From Candidatus Fervidifonticultor secundus (lineage in GTDB: Bacteria > Sysuimicrobiota > Sysuimicrobiia > Sysuimicrobiales > Humicultoraceae): 64,000 nucleotides of DNA. The DNA lies in the NCBI GenBank assembly GCA_031459385.1, contig JAVKIP010000005.1, forward strand, positions 1-64,000. Reading direction: 5' to 3'. The notes under the pieces are model-generated. The model saw only the letters and a program-made list of their open reading frames with translations. It was not told where the DNA came from and searched no databases. The number at the start of each line of letters is the position of its first letter. The stretch's first letter is position 1. The translations under genes were made by a program, and so were the position numbers. Of the stretch, positions 45,179 to 56,131 are shown one piece after another.

Positions 45179-45991
45179 CTACACCGCGTCCGCGGCCGCC
45201 GGCTCAGGCGCCAGGGCGGTGCGGAACTCCTCGGCCAGCGTGCGCCAGATGTACGCGTGGAGCTCGGCGAACTCGGTGGCGCCGCGCAGGGCGATCGGGT
45301 CCCGCGGCTGCGGGAACGGCACGTCGTAGATCTGCGCCACCCTGCCCGGCCGCCGCGAGAACAAGATCACCCGCTCGCCCAGCGTGATCGCCTCGGCCAG
45401 GTCGTGCGTCACGAAGACGACGGTCGTGCCGCTGCCGAACCAGATACGCAGCAGCTCCCCCTGCAGGAGCATCCGGGTCTGAGCATCCAGGGCTCCAAAC
45501 GGCTCGTCCATCAGGATAAGCCGGGGGCCGTACGCCAGCGTGCGGATCAGGGCTGCGCGCTGCCGCATGCCGCCCGAGATCTGGTGCGGGTAGTAGTGCT
45601 CGAACCCGTCGAGCCCGACCAGCGCCACCAGCGCCCGCGCCCGCCGCTCCCGCTCCTGCCGGGGCACCCCTCGAATCTCAAGGCCGACCTCGACGTTCTG
45701 CAGCACGGTGCGCCAGGGGAAGAGCGCGTCGCGCTGGAAGACGTAGCCCAGCCCTGCTGGCGGCCGGTCGCCGGGACGCACGGGTGTGCCCGCGATGACG
45801 ATCTCGCCCCGCACCTCGGCTTCCTCGGGCGGGATCAGCGCCGCGATGGCGCTGAGCATCGTGGACTTCCCGCAGCCGCTGGGGCCCACGACCGCCACCA
45901 GCTCGCCCGGGCGCACCGAAAAGCTCACGTCCCGCAGGGCTTCCGCGCCCCGGTGGAAGCGCACTCCCAACCCTGTCACGGTGAGCTCCAA
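45179..45991 (-). CDS. ABC ATP-binding protein (NitT/TauT family)
   Basis: GPSGCGKST, ISGGMRQR and LMDEPFGALD. Confidence 0.92.
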   Translation of the reverse strand: MELTVTGLGVRFHRGAEALRDVSFSVRPGELVAVVGPSGCGKSTMLSAIAALIPPEEAEVRGEIVIAGTPVRPGDRPPAGLGYVFQRDALFPWRTVLQNVEVGLEIRGVPRQERERRARALVALVGLDGFEHYYPHQISGGMRQRAALIRTLAYGPRLILMDEPFGALDAQTRMLLQGELLRIWFGSGTTVVFVTHDLAEAITLGERVILFSRRPGRVAQIYDVPFPQPRDPIALRGATEFAELHAYIWRTLAEEFRTALAPEPAAADAV

Positions 45992-46085
45992 CGCGGTCCA
46001 CCTCGGTCAGCACCCCCGCGACCGGCGCCGTGCGGAATCATCTACCACGGCGGCCGGCACCGCCCCTGCTCGGGCGCGCCCGCCG

Positions 46086-47183
<1,098 letters not shown>

Positions 47184-47230
47184 CGTCGGCCCTCCACCGC
47201 GAGCGCCATCAGCGTTTTCCCCCAGCGCCG

Positions 47231-48973
47231 TCAGCGCTCCAGCAGCGCGCGGCGGTGGCTGAGGCGCCGCGAGACCACGGCCAGCACGAACAGCCCGGCC
47301 ACCAGCATCAGGCCCAGCGCCGACAGCTCCTGGGGGTGGCCCGTGTTCCAGAGGTCGAAGATGTAGACCGACAGCACCTCCGACCCCGGCCCCCACAGCA
47401 GGATGCTGCTGGAGAGCTCGCGGATGGAGACGATCACCACGTAGATCCACCCCGCCAGCAGCCCCGGCCGCAGCAGTGGCGCCACCACGGCGGTGAAGGT
47501 GCGCCACCACGACGCGCCGCTGGTCTCGGCGGCTTCCTCCAGCTCGCGGTGGATCTGCAACAGCGCCGCAGACGACGCGCGCATCCCGTAGGGCAGGTAG
47601 CGGGTGACGTAGGCGATCAGCAGGATCCAGACCGTGCCGTAGATCGGCACCGGCAGCGTCAGGTAGACCCAGATCAGCGCCACGCCCATGACCACGCCTG
47701 GGAAGATCAGCGGCAGGGAGGCCATCTGGTCCAGCAGCCAGCGTCCCGGCACCCGCGACCGGACCACGAGCCAGGCGACCACGGCGGTCAGCACCGTCAC
47801 GATCGTCGCGCTGCCCAGCGAGAGCCCGACGCTGTTGGTCAAGGCGCGGGCGGTCTTGGGCAGGCGCAGCACAAACGCGTAGTTCTCGGCGGTGAGCATC
47901 GAAAGGGCCGCACCCGACGGCTTCATGTAGAACGGCAGCAGCGAGTTCCACAGCAGCACGAAGAGCGGCAGGCCCACCATCACCACCAGGTAGCCGAGCA
48001 TCAGCGCGGCCGTCGCGTAGCGCCACCGTCCCAGGTCGATGACCCGCGGGCGAAACCCCTTGCCCGTGACGGTGGCGAACCGCGTCGTCTCCCGAGTGAT
48101 GCGCGCGTACCCGTAGGTACCCGCCAGGGTCAGCAGCAGCAGGATCGTGGAGTAGGCGCCCGCCAGCCCGAAGTCGGACGGGTAGCGCTTGATGGCCAGG
48201 TAGATCTGCGAGGTGAAGACGTGGATGCCGGCGGGCAGGCCGATGATCGCCGGCACCTCGAACGTCTCCAGCCCGCGCAGGAACAGCACCAGCCAGACCC
48301 CGAGGACGGTGGGGAGGTTCAATCGGAGGGTGATCTGGGCGAAGGTGCGCCCCAGGCTGGCCCCCGCCGTCAGCGCCGCCTCTTCCAGCGCGGGATCCAT
48401 GGAGCGAAAGGCCGCGGACATCATCAGGTAGACGATCGGGGACCAGTGCAGGCCCTCGACCCAGATCATCCCGCCCATGGAATAGACGTCGAATGGGGCC
48501 GCCCGCAGCCCCAGCGCCCGCTGCAGCCAGTCGTTGACCAGCCCGATCCGCGGGCTCAGCAGGAAGATCCAGCTCAGGGTGAACAGGATGCCCGGGATGA
48601 TCAGCGGGATCAGGCTCACGGCGAAGAACAGGCCGCGCAGCGGCGTGTTGGTGCGCTCGGTGATCCAGGCCAGCCCGGTGCCGATGACGAACGCCACCAG
48701 CATCGTGCCCGCCGAGAACACCACCGAGTTGCGGAGGATCGCCAGTGACGCGCGGTCGGTGTAGGCGCGGACGTAGTTCTGCAGGGTGAACTGTCCCACC
48801 TCGCCCGCGCCGGTGGGCGTGAAGAAGCTGCCGTAGAGGAGGAAGGCCAGCGGCAGGACCGTCAGGTAGGCCAGGACCGCCGCGGCCCCCAGCGGTAGCA
48901 GCCACTGGGTCCACGCCCGGCCCCGCCACCACGTGGAAACCAGCGCCGTCCCCGCCGGTACCGCCCCCGCCAT
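47231..48973 (-). CDS. ABC permease (FbpB-like, duplicated)
   Basis: Two EAA loops (MDPALEEAA and IHRELEEAA) and ATVTGKGFRP. Confidence 0.9.
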   Translation of the reverse strand: MAGAVPAGTALVSTWWRGRAWTQWLLPLGAAAVLAYLTVLPLAFLLYGSFFTPTGAGEVGQFTLQNYVRAYTDRASLAILRNSVVFSAGTMLVAFVIGTGLAWITERTNTPLRGLFFAVSLIPLIIPGILFTLSWIFLLSPRIGLVNDWLQRALGLRAAPFDVYSMGGMIWVEGLHWSPIVYLMMSAAFRSMDPALEEAALTAGASLGRTFAQITLRLNLPTVLGVWLVLFLRGLETFEVPAIIGLPAGIHVFTSQIYLAIKRYPSDFGLAGAYSTILLLLTLAGTYGYARITRETTRFATVTGKGFRPRVIDLGRWRYATAALMLGYLVVMVGLPLFVLLWNSLLPFYMKPSGAALSMLTAENYAFVLRLPKTARALTNSVGLSLGSATIVTVLTAVVAWLVVRSRVPGRWLLDQMASLPLIFPGVVMGVALIWVYLTLPVPIYGTVWILLIAYVTRYLPYGMRASSAALLQIHRELEEAAETSGASWWRTFTAVVAPLLRPGLLAGWIYVVIVSIRELSSSILLWGPGSEVLSVYIFDLWNTGHPQELSALGLMLVAGLFVLAVVSRRLSHRRALLER

Positions 48974-49006
48974 GGCGCCTGCTCCCGCGCGACGCGCCAG
49001 AGGCCG

Positions 49007-50092
49007 CTACCGGCGCCGGATGAACAGCTCCTGCCAGAGCTGGTCGTACCGCGCGTACCGCTCCAGGAACAGGCCCGGGTCCATGGCCCGGTACACGAAG
49101 CCCTGGTTCAGCGTCGGCGGGTTGGCCTGCACGAACGGGTGCGCCGGGATGCGCCCCACCTTGACCAGTTCCTGCTGTCCCTCGGGCGACAGGAAGAAGT
49201 CGATGAACAGCAGTGCCGCGTGGGGGTGCGGGGCGTACTTGGGGAGGGAGATGACGTGGGGCACGGCCACCACCGGCTCCAGCGGCCGCCACTCGATCGG
49301 CGCGCGGCGCCGCTTCAGGCGCTCGGGCCGGTGGTTGTAGATCGTCGGCGACATGTGCACCTCGCCGGCCACGATCAGCTCGGCCAGGAGGGTGTGTCCC
49401 TTCCGGATCAGGGGCTGCTGCTCGCTGAGCCGGCGGAAGAACTCGAGCCCCCTGGCCTCGCCCCAGTGCTCCAGCAGGGTCGCGAGCCACACCTGGTCTT
49501 CGGCCTCGATCCCGATCCGGCCGCGCCACCGAGGGTCCAGGAGGTCCTCGTAGCGCCGCGGTGCGGTGGCGTCGGCCACCAGGGTGGTGTTCCACGCCGC
49601 CACCAGCATGTTGTAGCGCGTGGCCACCCAGTAGCCCCTGGCGTCCTTGGCCTGGCGGGGGAACCCGCCGGCGCGGGGGGTGAAGAACGGCTGGCCGTAG
49701 CCGTCCTTGAGCATCTTGGCCACGTCGATGCCCGTACCCTCGAAGAGGTCGGCGACGTACTTGCGGCCCCGATACTCGGTGATGATCTTCTGCGCCACGT
49801 CCTCGCCCGAGGCGCGGTAGATCTCGCCGCGGATGAACGGGTACTTCCGCATGAACGCCTCCAGGACGGGCTGGGACTCGTCCAGGTCCATGGACGTGTA
49901 GATCATCAGGGCGCCCTCGGCCCGGGCGCCGGCTTCGAGCCGCGCCTGGCGGTCGGGGCCGCGGTAGTTCGCGACCTCCGCCACCGTGCCCGATCCCGCG
50001 CCCGACGGAGCGGCCGCCACCATCCCCGAGGACGCCAGGGAACCCAGCAGTACCGCGATCGATCCCCACCACCAGGTGCGCCGCGCGATCAT
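49007..50092 (-). CDS. ABC substrate-binding protein (FbpA/AfuA-like fold)
   Basis: Signal peptide, AEGALMIYTS, PRRYEDLLDPRWRGRI and APHPHAALLFIDFFLSPEGQ. Confidence 0.88.
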   Translation of the reverse strand: MIARRTWWWGSIAVLLGSLASSGMVAAAPSGAGSGTVAEVANYRGPDRQARLEAGARAEGALMIYTSMDLDESQPVLEAFMRKYPFIRGEIYRASGEDVAQKIITEYRGRKYVADLFEGTGIDVAKMLKDGYGQPFFTPRAGGFPRQAKDARGYWVATRYNMLVAAWNTTLVADATAPRRYEDLLDPRWRGRIGIEAEDQVWLATLLEHWGEARGLEFFRRLSEQQPLIRKGHTLLAELIVAGEVHMSPTIYNHRPERLKRRRAPIEWRPLEPVVAVPHVISLPKYAPHPHAALLFIDFFLSPEGQQELVKVGRIPAHPFVQANPPTLNQGFVYRAMDPGLFLERYARYDQLWQELFIRRR

Positions 50093-50300
50093 CGTCCTCC
50101 ACCCCCGATGGACAGCCCGTGCGTCCGCGGCGCCGCCGCGCCGCGGCGTGCGGTCGCGCCCTGTCTACTCCAGCCGCTCCTCGGGCACCTGCTGTGGCAG
50201 CGCCGCGGCCGGGGCAGCCGCCCGGAGGGATGCTCGCGCGCCGCGCCGTAGTCTCAGGGCAGCCGCGCGCGCCGACAGGCGGCGTGGCCGGGAGGTGCTC

Positions 50301-51335
50301 GTGGTGGGCAGCGACGGCGAGGGACGCGTCTTCCTGCGGGGCATCACGTCGGAGAGCTACGGCCTGGGCGAGCTGCGGCGGCGGCAGCGCGAGGCGCCGC
50401 GGGTGCGGCCGGCGGGCACGGTCGTGGACGACGCGTCGGTGGGCCACTCGGGCGACTCCAGCCAGTCGCGCACCTGGTGGATCCTGGGCCCGGGTGACGA
50501 CCCGTTCCTGACCCAGACGATCCAGATGCACTTCGTCGAGCTCTTCCCCGGCGGCGCCAACCGCGGCCACGGCCACCAGAACGAGGCGACCTTCTACATC
50601 CTGGAAGGCCGCGGCTACGAGATCCACGACGGCCAGCGGTACGACTGGGAGGAGGGCGACTTCGTCGTGGTGCACAACGACTCCGTGCACCGCCACTTCA
50701 ACGCCGACCCTGCGCGCCGCGCGGTCGCCATCGTCATCAAGGCCAAGGCGGCCTGGATGTACCTGGGCCTCTGGCAGCAGGGCCGCGGCGGGCCGGTCGT
50801 GGACGGCGACCGGTACGGGCCCCCCGAGGACTGGTCGCGGCTGTGGACCCCGGGAGTGACCGCCCGCAAGAAGGTCGTCAAGCCGTCGGATGCGCCCTGG
50901 GAGGTGACGCGGGACGGCCGGGTCCGGGTGCTGTGCTCGCCCGCGCGCACCGACGTCCGCGTTTTCAGCGTCGACGTCTACCAGCAGGAGATCCCTGGCG
51001 GGAGCCGCTCGGCCAGGCACTGGCACATGGCGGACGAGGCGCTGTACGTGATGGCCGGGCGGGGTTACAGCCTCCACTGGGACGTCGAAGCCGAGATCGC
51101 CGACCGCTACTACGCGCGCGTCGCGCGGGAGCCGTCGCGCTGGGAGTTCGGGCCGGGCGACCTGCTCTACGTGCCCCACAACACCGTGCACCAGCACGTC
51201 AACGCCGACCCGCACGACTCGCTGGTGCTGCTGTCGGCGCAGAACCGGCTGTTCAAGCTCCTGGGCTACGATGCGGTGATCTACCTGGAGGACGCGCCCG
51301 AGTACGCCCGGGCCCAGGCCGCGCCGGCGCGCTGA
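50301..51335 (+). CDS. Bicupin protein 3 (function unknown)
   Basis: GHGHQNEA...VHRHFN and RHWHMADE...VHQHVN; GGAGG SD before GTG. Confidence 0.85.
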   Translation: MVGSDGEGRVFLRGITSESYGLGELRRRQREAPRVRPAGTVVDDASVGHSGDSSQSRTWWILGPGDDPFLTQTIQMHFVELFPGGANRGHGHQNEATFYILEGRGYEIHDGQRYDWEEGDFVVVHNDSVHRHFNADPARRAVAIVIKAKAAWMYLGLWQQGRGGPVVDGDRYGPPEDWSRLWTPGVTARKKVVKPSDAPWEVTRDGRVRVLCSPARTDVRVFSVDVYQQEIPGGSRSARHWHMADEALYVMAGRGYSLHWDVEAEIADRYYARVAREPSRWEFGPGDLLYVPHNTVHQHVNADPHDSLVLLSAQNRLFKLLGYDAVIYLEDAPEYARAQAAPAR

Positions 51336-52587
51336 CCCGCTCCAGCGTCTCGCGCGCCCCGAACGCCAACGCCAGCGCCGTCCCCGTCAGCAGCGGCACG
51401 TAGGCCAGGAACGCGCACTGCGCGCCGCAGGCGTGGACCAGCAGGCCGCCGCTCACCGGTCCGGCCAGGCTCCCCAGGTCGCCCACGATGCGCCGCTGGG
51501 CCTGCAGCGTGCCCCGCGCGTGCGCCGGGATGACATCATAGCTGTACGTCGACAGCGAGCCCAGCGAGACCCCGTTGGCCACGCCGAGCGCCACCGCCAG
51601 CAGCGAGAGCTGCGGGCCGCTGCGCGCCAGCGGCATGAGGGTGAACGCCAGCGCGGGCAGCGCCGCGGCCGGCACCGCAGCCCACTTGCGGCCCAGCCGG
51701 TCCAGCACGAGCCCTGCGGGTACGATCATCACCAGCACGCCCAGGCTCATCAGGCCGAAGAGCGCGCCGACCTGCGCCGCCGAGAATCCCAGCCCCGCGC
51801 CCGCGTAGAGCGGCAGCAGCGTGTTGAGGCTCGACCGGTAGAGGCTCATCGTCCACGTGGTCGCGACGATGATCGCGAACGTGGTCAGGTACCCCGGCGC
51901 GATCGCCCGCCAGCCGCCCAGGCCCCACGCCGGCGCGCGTAGGGCCACCCCCACGCCGGAGGGCCCGGCGCGCGTGCGGTCGGATGGCCCGGCGGGAAGG
52001 TGGTCGGACGGGGGGGCGGGAGCGGATGCGGCCTGCGCGGCGGGGACCGCCGCAGGCAGCGCGAGCAGCAGTGTCATCGCCAGCACCAGGCCGCCCAGCG
52101 CGCCCAGGGCGGCGAAGAGCGCAACGAGGCCGGCGGCGTCCACGAGGAGCCCGCCGCCGACCGGCCCCGCCGCCTGCCCTACCATCTGGAGCCCGAAGAA
52201 CCCGCTCATCAGGCGGCCGCGCTGGTCCGCGCGGACCAGATGCAAGCCGCTCAACTCCCGCCCGGCGACCCACAGGCCGGCGCCGGCACCCATCACGAAC
52301 TGGCCGGCCACGACCGCCCAGAACGCGGGCAGGAGCATGAGCACCGGCCCCGCCAGCGCGCACGCCGAACCGACGAGGAGCACCGCCTGCGGCCCGCGGC
52401 GGTCGGCCAGCACCCCTGCGGGCAGCATGGCCACCATGCGGCCCGCGAACTGCGCGCTCACCACCTGCGCGGCGAGGCCCGGCGAGACGTGGAAGCGCGC
52501 GGCCAGGGCCACCACCGCGGGAAAGATCATGCCCTGCCCAAAGCTGAGCACCAGCGTCGGCAGGTACAACCCGAGGAGCCCGTGCAT
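51253..52587 (-). CDS. MFS transporter
   Basis: GVLADRRG and GLVLDRLGRK motifs, about 12 TM helices. Its 3' end overlaps bicupin 3 convergently. Confidence 0.85.
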   Translation of the reverse strand: MHGLLGLYLPTLVLSFGQGMIFPAVVALAARFHVSPGLAAQVVSAQFAGRMVAMLPAGVLADRRGPQAVLLVGSACALAGPVLMLLPAFWAVVAGQFVMGAGAGLWVAGRELSGLHLVRADQRGRLMSGFFGLQMVGQAAGPVGGGLLVDAAGLVALFAALGALGGLVLAMTLLLALPAAVPAAQAASAPAPPSDHLPAGPSDRTRAGPSGVGVALRAPAWGLGGWRAIAPGYLTTFAIIVATTWTMSLYRSSLNTLLPLYAGAGLGFSAAQVGALFGLMSLGVLVMIVPAGLVLDRLGRKWAAVPAAALPALAFTLMPLARSGPQLSLLAVALGVANGVSLGSLSTYSYDVIPAHARGTLQAQRRIVGDLGSLAGPVSGGLLVHACGAQCAFLAYVPLLTGTALALAFGARETLERVSAPARPGPGRTRARPPGRSPHRSPGA

Positions 52588-52606
52588 CCGCCGCCCCGCC
52601 CGCCGG

Positions 52607-53719
52607 TCAGGGCGTGAGGGCGATGTGGATCGCCGAGGGATCGACGCGCTCGCCGAGCACGCGGAGGGCCTGGTCCGCCTCGGCGAGCGCAAACGCATGG
52701 GTGCGCAGCCGCTCCAGCGGGTAGCGCCGCGAGGCAATGATGCGCAGCGCCTCCTCCGCCGACGCGAAGTCGCGGCCGCGCACGCCCTTGACGGTCAGCG
52801 CGTGCCGCACAACCAAGTCGTGCGGGAAGTCGCCCGCCCGCCCGTGCTTGGCGGCCGCCAGGATCACCGTCCCGCCCGTGCGCGCCATCCGCACCGCCGC
52901 CGCCGTCGTCTCCGCGGCGTCGGGCGCCAGGTCGACGACCACGTCGGCCATGGCGCCGCCGGTGATCTCCCGCACCGCCTCCACCGGATCGGTGGTGGCT
53001 GCCTCGACCGCCACCGCGCCCAGGGCCTCTGCAGCCTGCAGCCGTGCCCCGCGCGTGCGGCCCACAGCGACCACGCACGCTGCGCCGCCGTCGCGGGCCG
53101 CCACCACGCACCCCAGCCCGTGGGCACCCGGGCCGATGACGACCGCCACGCCGCCGCGCGGCATCTGCCCCTCCTTGAGCACCCACCGGATGCCGTTGGA
53201 GACCGGCACGAAGAGCGTCGCCAGGTCGGCCGGCAGGTCCGGCGGCACCCGGTGCACCAGGGCGCGGGGATGCAGGTAGAGGAGCTCGCTGAAGCCGCCC
53301 CACAGCGCCGGCGGCACGTCTACCGACGTCGCGCCGTAGCGCAAAAACGGCCGCTCGGACCGCGAGTCGGTGGCGTCGCACAGCGCCGGCCGGCCGGTGA
53401 AGCAGAACTGGCAGTGCCCGCACGGCAGGAACTCCTCTACGGCGACGCGGTCGCCGGCGGCCACGCGCCAGCGCGCGGCCGCGCGCGCGCCCACCGCCAC
53501 CACGCGGCCCACGATCTCGTGCCCGAGGATCAGCGGCCCCAGGTGCGCGCCCCGCCGGCGGATGTAGAACTCCCAATCGGTCCCGCACAGGCCGCACGCC
53601 TCCACGGCCAGCACCCCGTCGTCGGGTCCGACGGCGGGCGCGGGGAACGTGCGCAGTTCGGTGACGCCCGGGGCCGGCGTCACCGCAGCGCGGACGGGCG
53701 CGCGAGGGTCCATGGCCAC
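52607..53719 (-). CDS. Zinc-dependent medium-chain dehydrogenase
   Basis: CGLCGTD, GHE, structural CGHCQFC...C and the GPGAHG nucleotide-binding loop. Confidence 0.9.
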   Translation of the reverse strand: MAMDPRAPVRAAVTPAPGVTELRTFPAPAVGPDDGVLAVEACGLCGTDWEFYIRRRGAHLGPLILGHEIVGRVVAVGARAAARWRVAAGDRVAVEEFLPCGHCQFCFTGRPALCDATDSRSERPFLRYGATSVDVPPALWGGFSELLYLHPRALVHRVPPDLPADLATLFVPVSNGIRWVLKEGQMPRGGVAVVIGPGAHGLGCVVAARDGGAACVVAVGRTRGARLQAAEALGAVAVEAATTDPVEAVREITGGAMADVVVDLAPDAAETTAAAVRMARTGGTVILAAAKHGRAGDFPHDLVVRHALTVKGVRGRDFASAEEALRIIASRRYPLERLRTHAFALAEADQALRVLGERVDPSAIHIALTP

Positions 53720-53722
53720 GGA

Positions 53723-54199
53723 TCAGCCCTCGTCGATGTCGGGCTCGGGGAGCGCCACCAGGTCGCTGGTGTCCACCAGGGGCGCGAAGTCCATGTGGCG
53801 CGCGCGCAGCAGCGCCTCCAGCTCCTGCGCGCTCAGCAGGATCCCGAGCCCCGCGTTCATGTCCCGCACGAACAGGGCCTCCGCGGCCTCCGCGCGCGCT
53901 ATGGCCACGCCCACCAGCGCGAACTCGTTCTGCAGGCGCTCCAGCGGCGCGCCCGCCGCCGCGCGCAGGAGGGCCTCGTCGGGCGGCGCGTGCGGGCCCG
54001 GCAGCAGCGCCCAGGGCAGATGACGGGCGCGCGTCAACCCCTCCAGCTCGAGGGGGTCAAGCCAGGCCTCGGCAGGCTCGCGGGTCAGCCGGCGCAGGCG
54101 CAGCCGGGGCCCGGTGGGCGTTTCGAACCGGCTGACCTCGACGTCGCCCAGCCGGGCCAGGGTGACGTCGCGCACGTCGAAGCCCCGGGAAGATGGCAT
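53723..54199 (-). CDS. Hypothetical oxygenase-associated protein with two internal repeats
   Basis: Repeat 1 DVEVSRFETPTGPRLRLRR...AWLDPLELEGLTRARH; repeat 2 NEFALVGVAIARAEAAEALFVRD...ILLSAQELEALLRARH. Starts 2 nt after the beta-subunit stop. Confidence 0.72.
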   Translation of the reverse strand: MPSSRGFDVRDVTLARLGDVEVSRFETPTGPRLRLRRLTREPAEAWLDPLELEGLTRARHLPWALLPGPHAPPDEALLRAAAGAPLERLQNEFALVGVAIARAEAAEALFVRDMNAGLGILLSAQELEALLRARHMDFAPLVDTSDLVALPEPDIDEG

Positions 54200-54201
54200 C
54201 G

Positions 54202-54705
54202 CTACGGGATGAACGAGAGGTTGTACTGCGGCTGGTCGGACGTCAGCAGCACAACCTTTTTGAGCGCGATCTTCCACGCGCCGTCCACCGGCCGCAGCCG
54301 GTACTCGCAGCGCGCCGCAAACAGCCGCGGGGCGTTGAGCCCCTCCTGGCCGGGCCCACCCGGCCGGATCTCCGCGATCAGCTGGCGGCAGTGGACGACC
54401 GCCTCGCCGCTGCTGCCGTCGGCGCGGACCTCGACGTTCGAGACGAACCGCAGCGTGCGCGACGGGGGGTTCTGGTCCAGCACCGGCGTGCGCGTCAGCC
54501 GGTAGACCCGTTCGTGCAGCCGCCGCCGGTCGTCGTAGATGATGGCCACTGCCGCGGCCGGCTCCTTCTCGGGGTCGATCGGCAGCCAGTACACCGCATC
54601 GTCCGTGAAGAGCGCCTCCCACTCCTCGAACCGCCGCTCGTCCAGCAGCCGGGCCTCGGCGAACAGGAACCGCTCGGCCTCCGGGACCGTAAGCGCGGGG
54701 GCCAC
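54202..54705 (-). CDS. Aromatic ring-hydroxylating dioxygenase beta subunit
   Basis: FLFAEARLLDERRFEEWEALFTDDAVYWLP, PSRTLRFVSNV and WKIALKKVVL. GTG after GGAGG. Confidence 0.92.
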   Translation of the reverse strand: MAPALTVPEAERFLFAEARLLDERRFEEWEALFTDDAVYWLPIDPEKEPAAAVAIIYDDRRRLHERVYRLTRTPVLDQNPPSRTLRFVSNVEVRADGSSGEAVVHCRQLIAEIRPGGPGQEGLNAPRLFAARCEYRLRPVDGAWKIALKKVVLLTSDQPQYNLSFIP

Positions 54706-54710
54706 CGGTG

Positions 54711-55985
54711 CTACCTCCGGGCCATCAGACGCTGCCACTGGCGGTAGAGCGCGCGCTGGGGCGCCTCATCGGTCGTGTGCCCGATCCACTCGCCCGCGTC
54801 GTACCGCTCGCGGTGCTGGCCGCGGTTGAGCAGGTTCCACGGCTCGCCCCGCGCCCGGACGCCGCTCTGCACCTCGGTGAACACCTCGATGTCATCGGGT
54901 GAGCCGAACCCGGCCGGGCCGAAGAAGCGCTCGTGGCCGCGGAACCGGCCCTGGTTGATGGCGTCGGGCACGCCCTCCAGGGCGTAGACGTAGAGCTGGA
55001 CCTCGGTCCGGTCCACGGCCTTGGGAACGATCACCCGCAGGTGCGTCTCGAACAGATAGAGGTTGGGGAAGACGAAGATGTTCCGGCGCGCCGAGATCTC
55101 CAGCAGCTGATCGTCGCCGTAGCGGGCGCGCATCGCCTCTGCGTACTCCGGGTACCGGTGCATCATGCGCGCGGTCCAGCTCGAGTTGGGGTTCAGGCTG
55201 CCGGGCCGCTCCAGCACGCCATGGCCGCCCGCCAGGCCCCGGGTGCAGCCGGCCTGCCGGTACTGCTGGGTCTCCTCCACCGACGACTCCTTCGAGAGGG
55301 CCAGCACGCGCTGCCAGGAGAGGTGCACGTAGTTGCCGTGGTAGCCATCGGCGCCGTTCTCGGCCTGCAGCTTCCAGTTGCCCGGGTACTCGTAGCGGTG
55401 CGGCGGCAACGAAACGACGATCGCCTCGACCGGCGAGCGGCCGAACCACCAGTCGATGTAGCGCCGCACCGGGGCCAGGTGCTCGGCCAGGCTGGCGCCC
55501 TCACTGGAGAGGTTCACGAAGAGCAGCCCGCGGTAGCTCTCCAGCCGGCCGACGGGGACGAGCCCGTAGCGGCTGCGGTCGAAGTCGTCAGGGTACCCGG
55601 TGCTCTGCGCCATGCCGATCAGCGCGCCGTTGTTGGCGTAGACCCAGTTGTGGTAGCGGCAGCGGAAGAAGTTGGAGTGGCCCCGCTCCTGGCGGCAGAC
55701 GACCGCGCCCCGGTGCCGGCAGCGGTTGTAGAGAGCGTAGATCCGGCCGTCCTCGTGGCGGGAGAGGATCACGGGCTGGGTGCCGACGACCACGGTCTTG
55801 TAGTCGCCCGGCGCCGCCAGCTCCGAGGAGTGCCCGACGTAGACCCAGCTGCGCTCGAAGATGCGGTCCATCTCCGCCGCGAACACGTCGGGATCGGTGA
55901 AGACGGCGCCGTGGACCCGGAACGCGCCAGGATCGTCCCGTACCAGGTCCGCGTACGCCCCTACCCGGTCTTCCGTCACCGCCAT
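54711..55985 (-). CDS. Rieske aromatic ring-hydroxylating oxygenase alpha subunit (benzoate/anthranilate-like clade by motif)
   Basis: Rieske motif CRHRG...CRYHNW, mononuclear Fe motif NWKLQAENGADGYH...VH, and PDDIEVF. Confidence 0.93.
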   Translation of the reverse strand: MAVTEDRVGAYADLVRDDPGAFRVHGAVFTDPDVFAAEMDRIFERSWVYVGHSSELAAPGDYKTVVVGTQPVILSRHEDGRIYALYNRCRHRGAVVCRQERGHSNFFRCRYHNWVYANNGALIGMAQSTGYPDDFDRSRYGLVPVGRLESYRGLLFVNLSSEGASLAEHLAPVRRYIDWWFGRSPVEAIVVSLPPHRYEYPGNWKLQAENGADGYHGNYVHLSWQRVLALSKESSVEETQQYRQAGCTRGLAGGHGVLERPGSLNPNSSWTARMMHRYPEYAEAMRARYGDDQLLEISARRNIFVFPNLYLFETHLRVIVPKAVDRTEVQLYVYALEGVPDAINQGRFRGHERFFGPAGFGSPDDIEVFTEVQSGVRARGEPWNLLNRGQHRERYDAGEWIGHTTDEAPQRALYRQWQRLMARR

Positions 55986-56060
55986 CGCCGCGCGCGCCCC
56001 CCGGCGCCACCTGCAGCGGCAACGCCCTCCTGCCCGCTGCGCTGCGGCGGCGCCGGCACG

Positions 56061-56069
56061 AGTATAGCA
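56061..56069 (-). promoter_or_regulatory. Extended -10 promoter element (TGcTATACT) for the Rieske oxygenase operon
   Basis: The minus strand reads ATGCTATACT about 75 nt upstream of the alpha-subunit ATG, in the divergent intergenic region. Confidence 0.5.
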
Positions 56070-56131
56070 TGCAGGAAGCGCTGTCCCCTCCACGAACCCA
56101 GGCCAGAAAGCGGTCCCGGGGGGGTCCTGAG

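Noticed and set aside
54711..55985. Direct assignment as phthalate 3,4-dioxygenase (phtAa) or benA
   Set aside because: Context hints at phthalate but the catalytic-domain motif is benzoate-clade-like; the substrate cannot be fixed without phylogeny.
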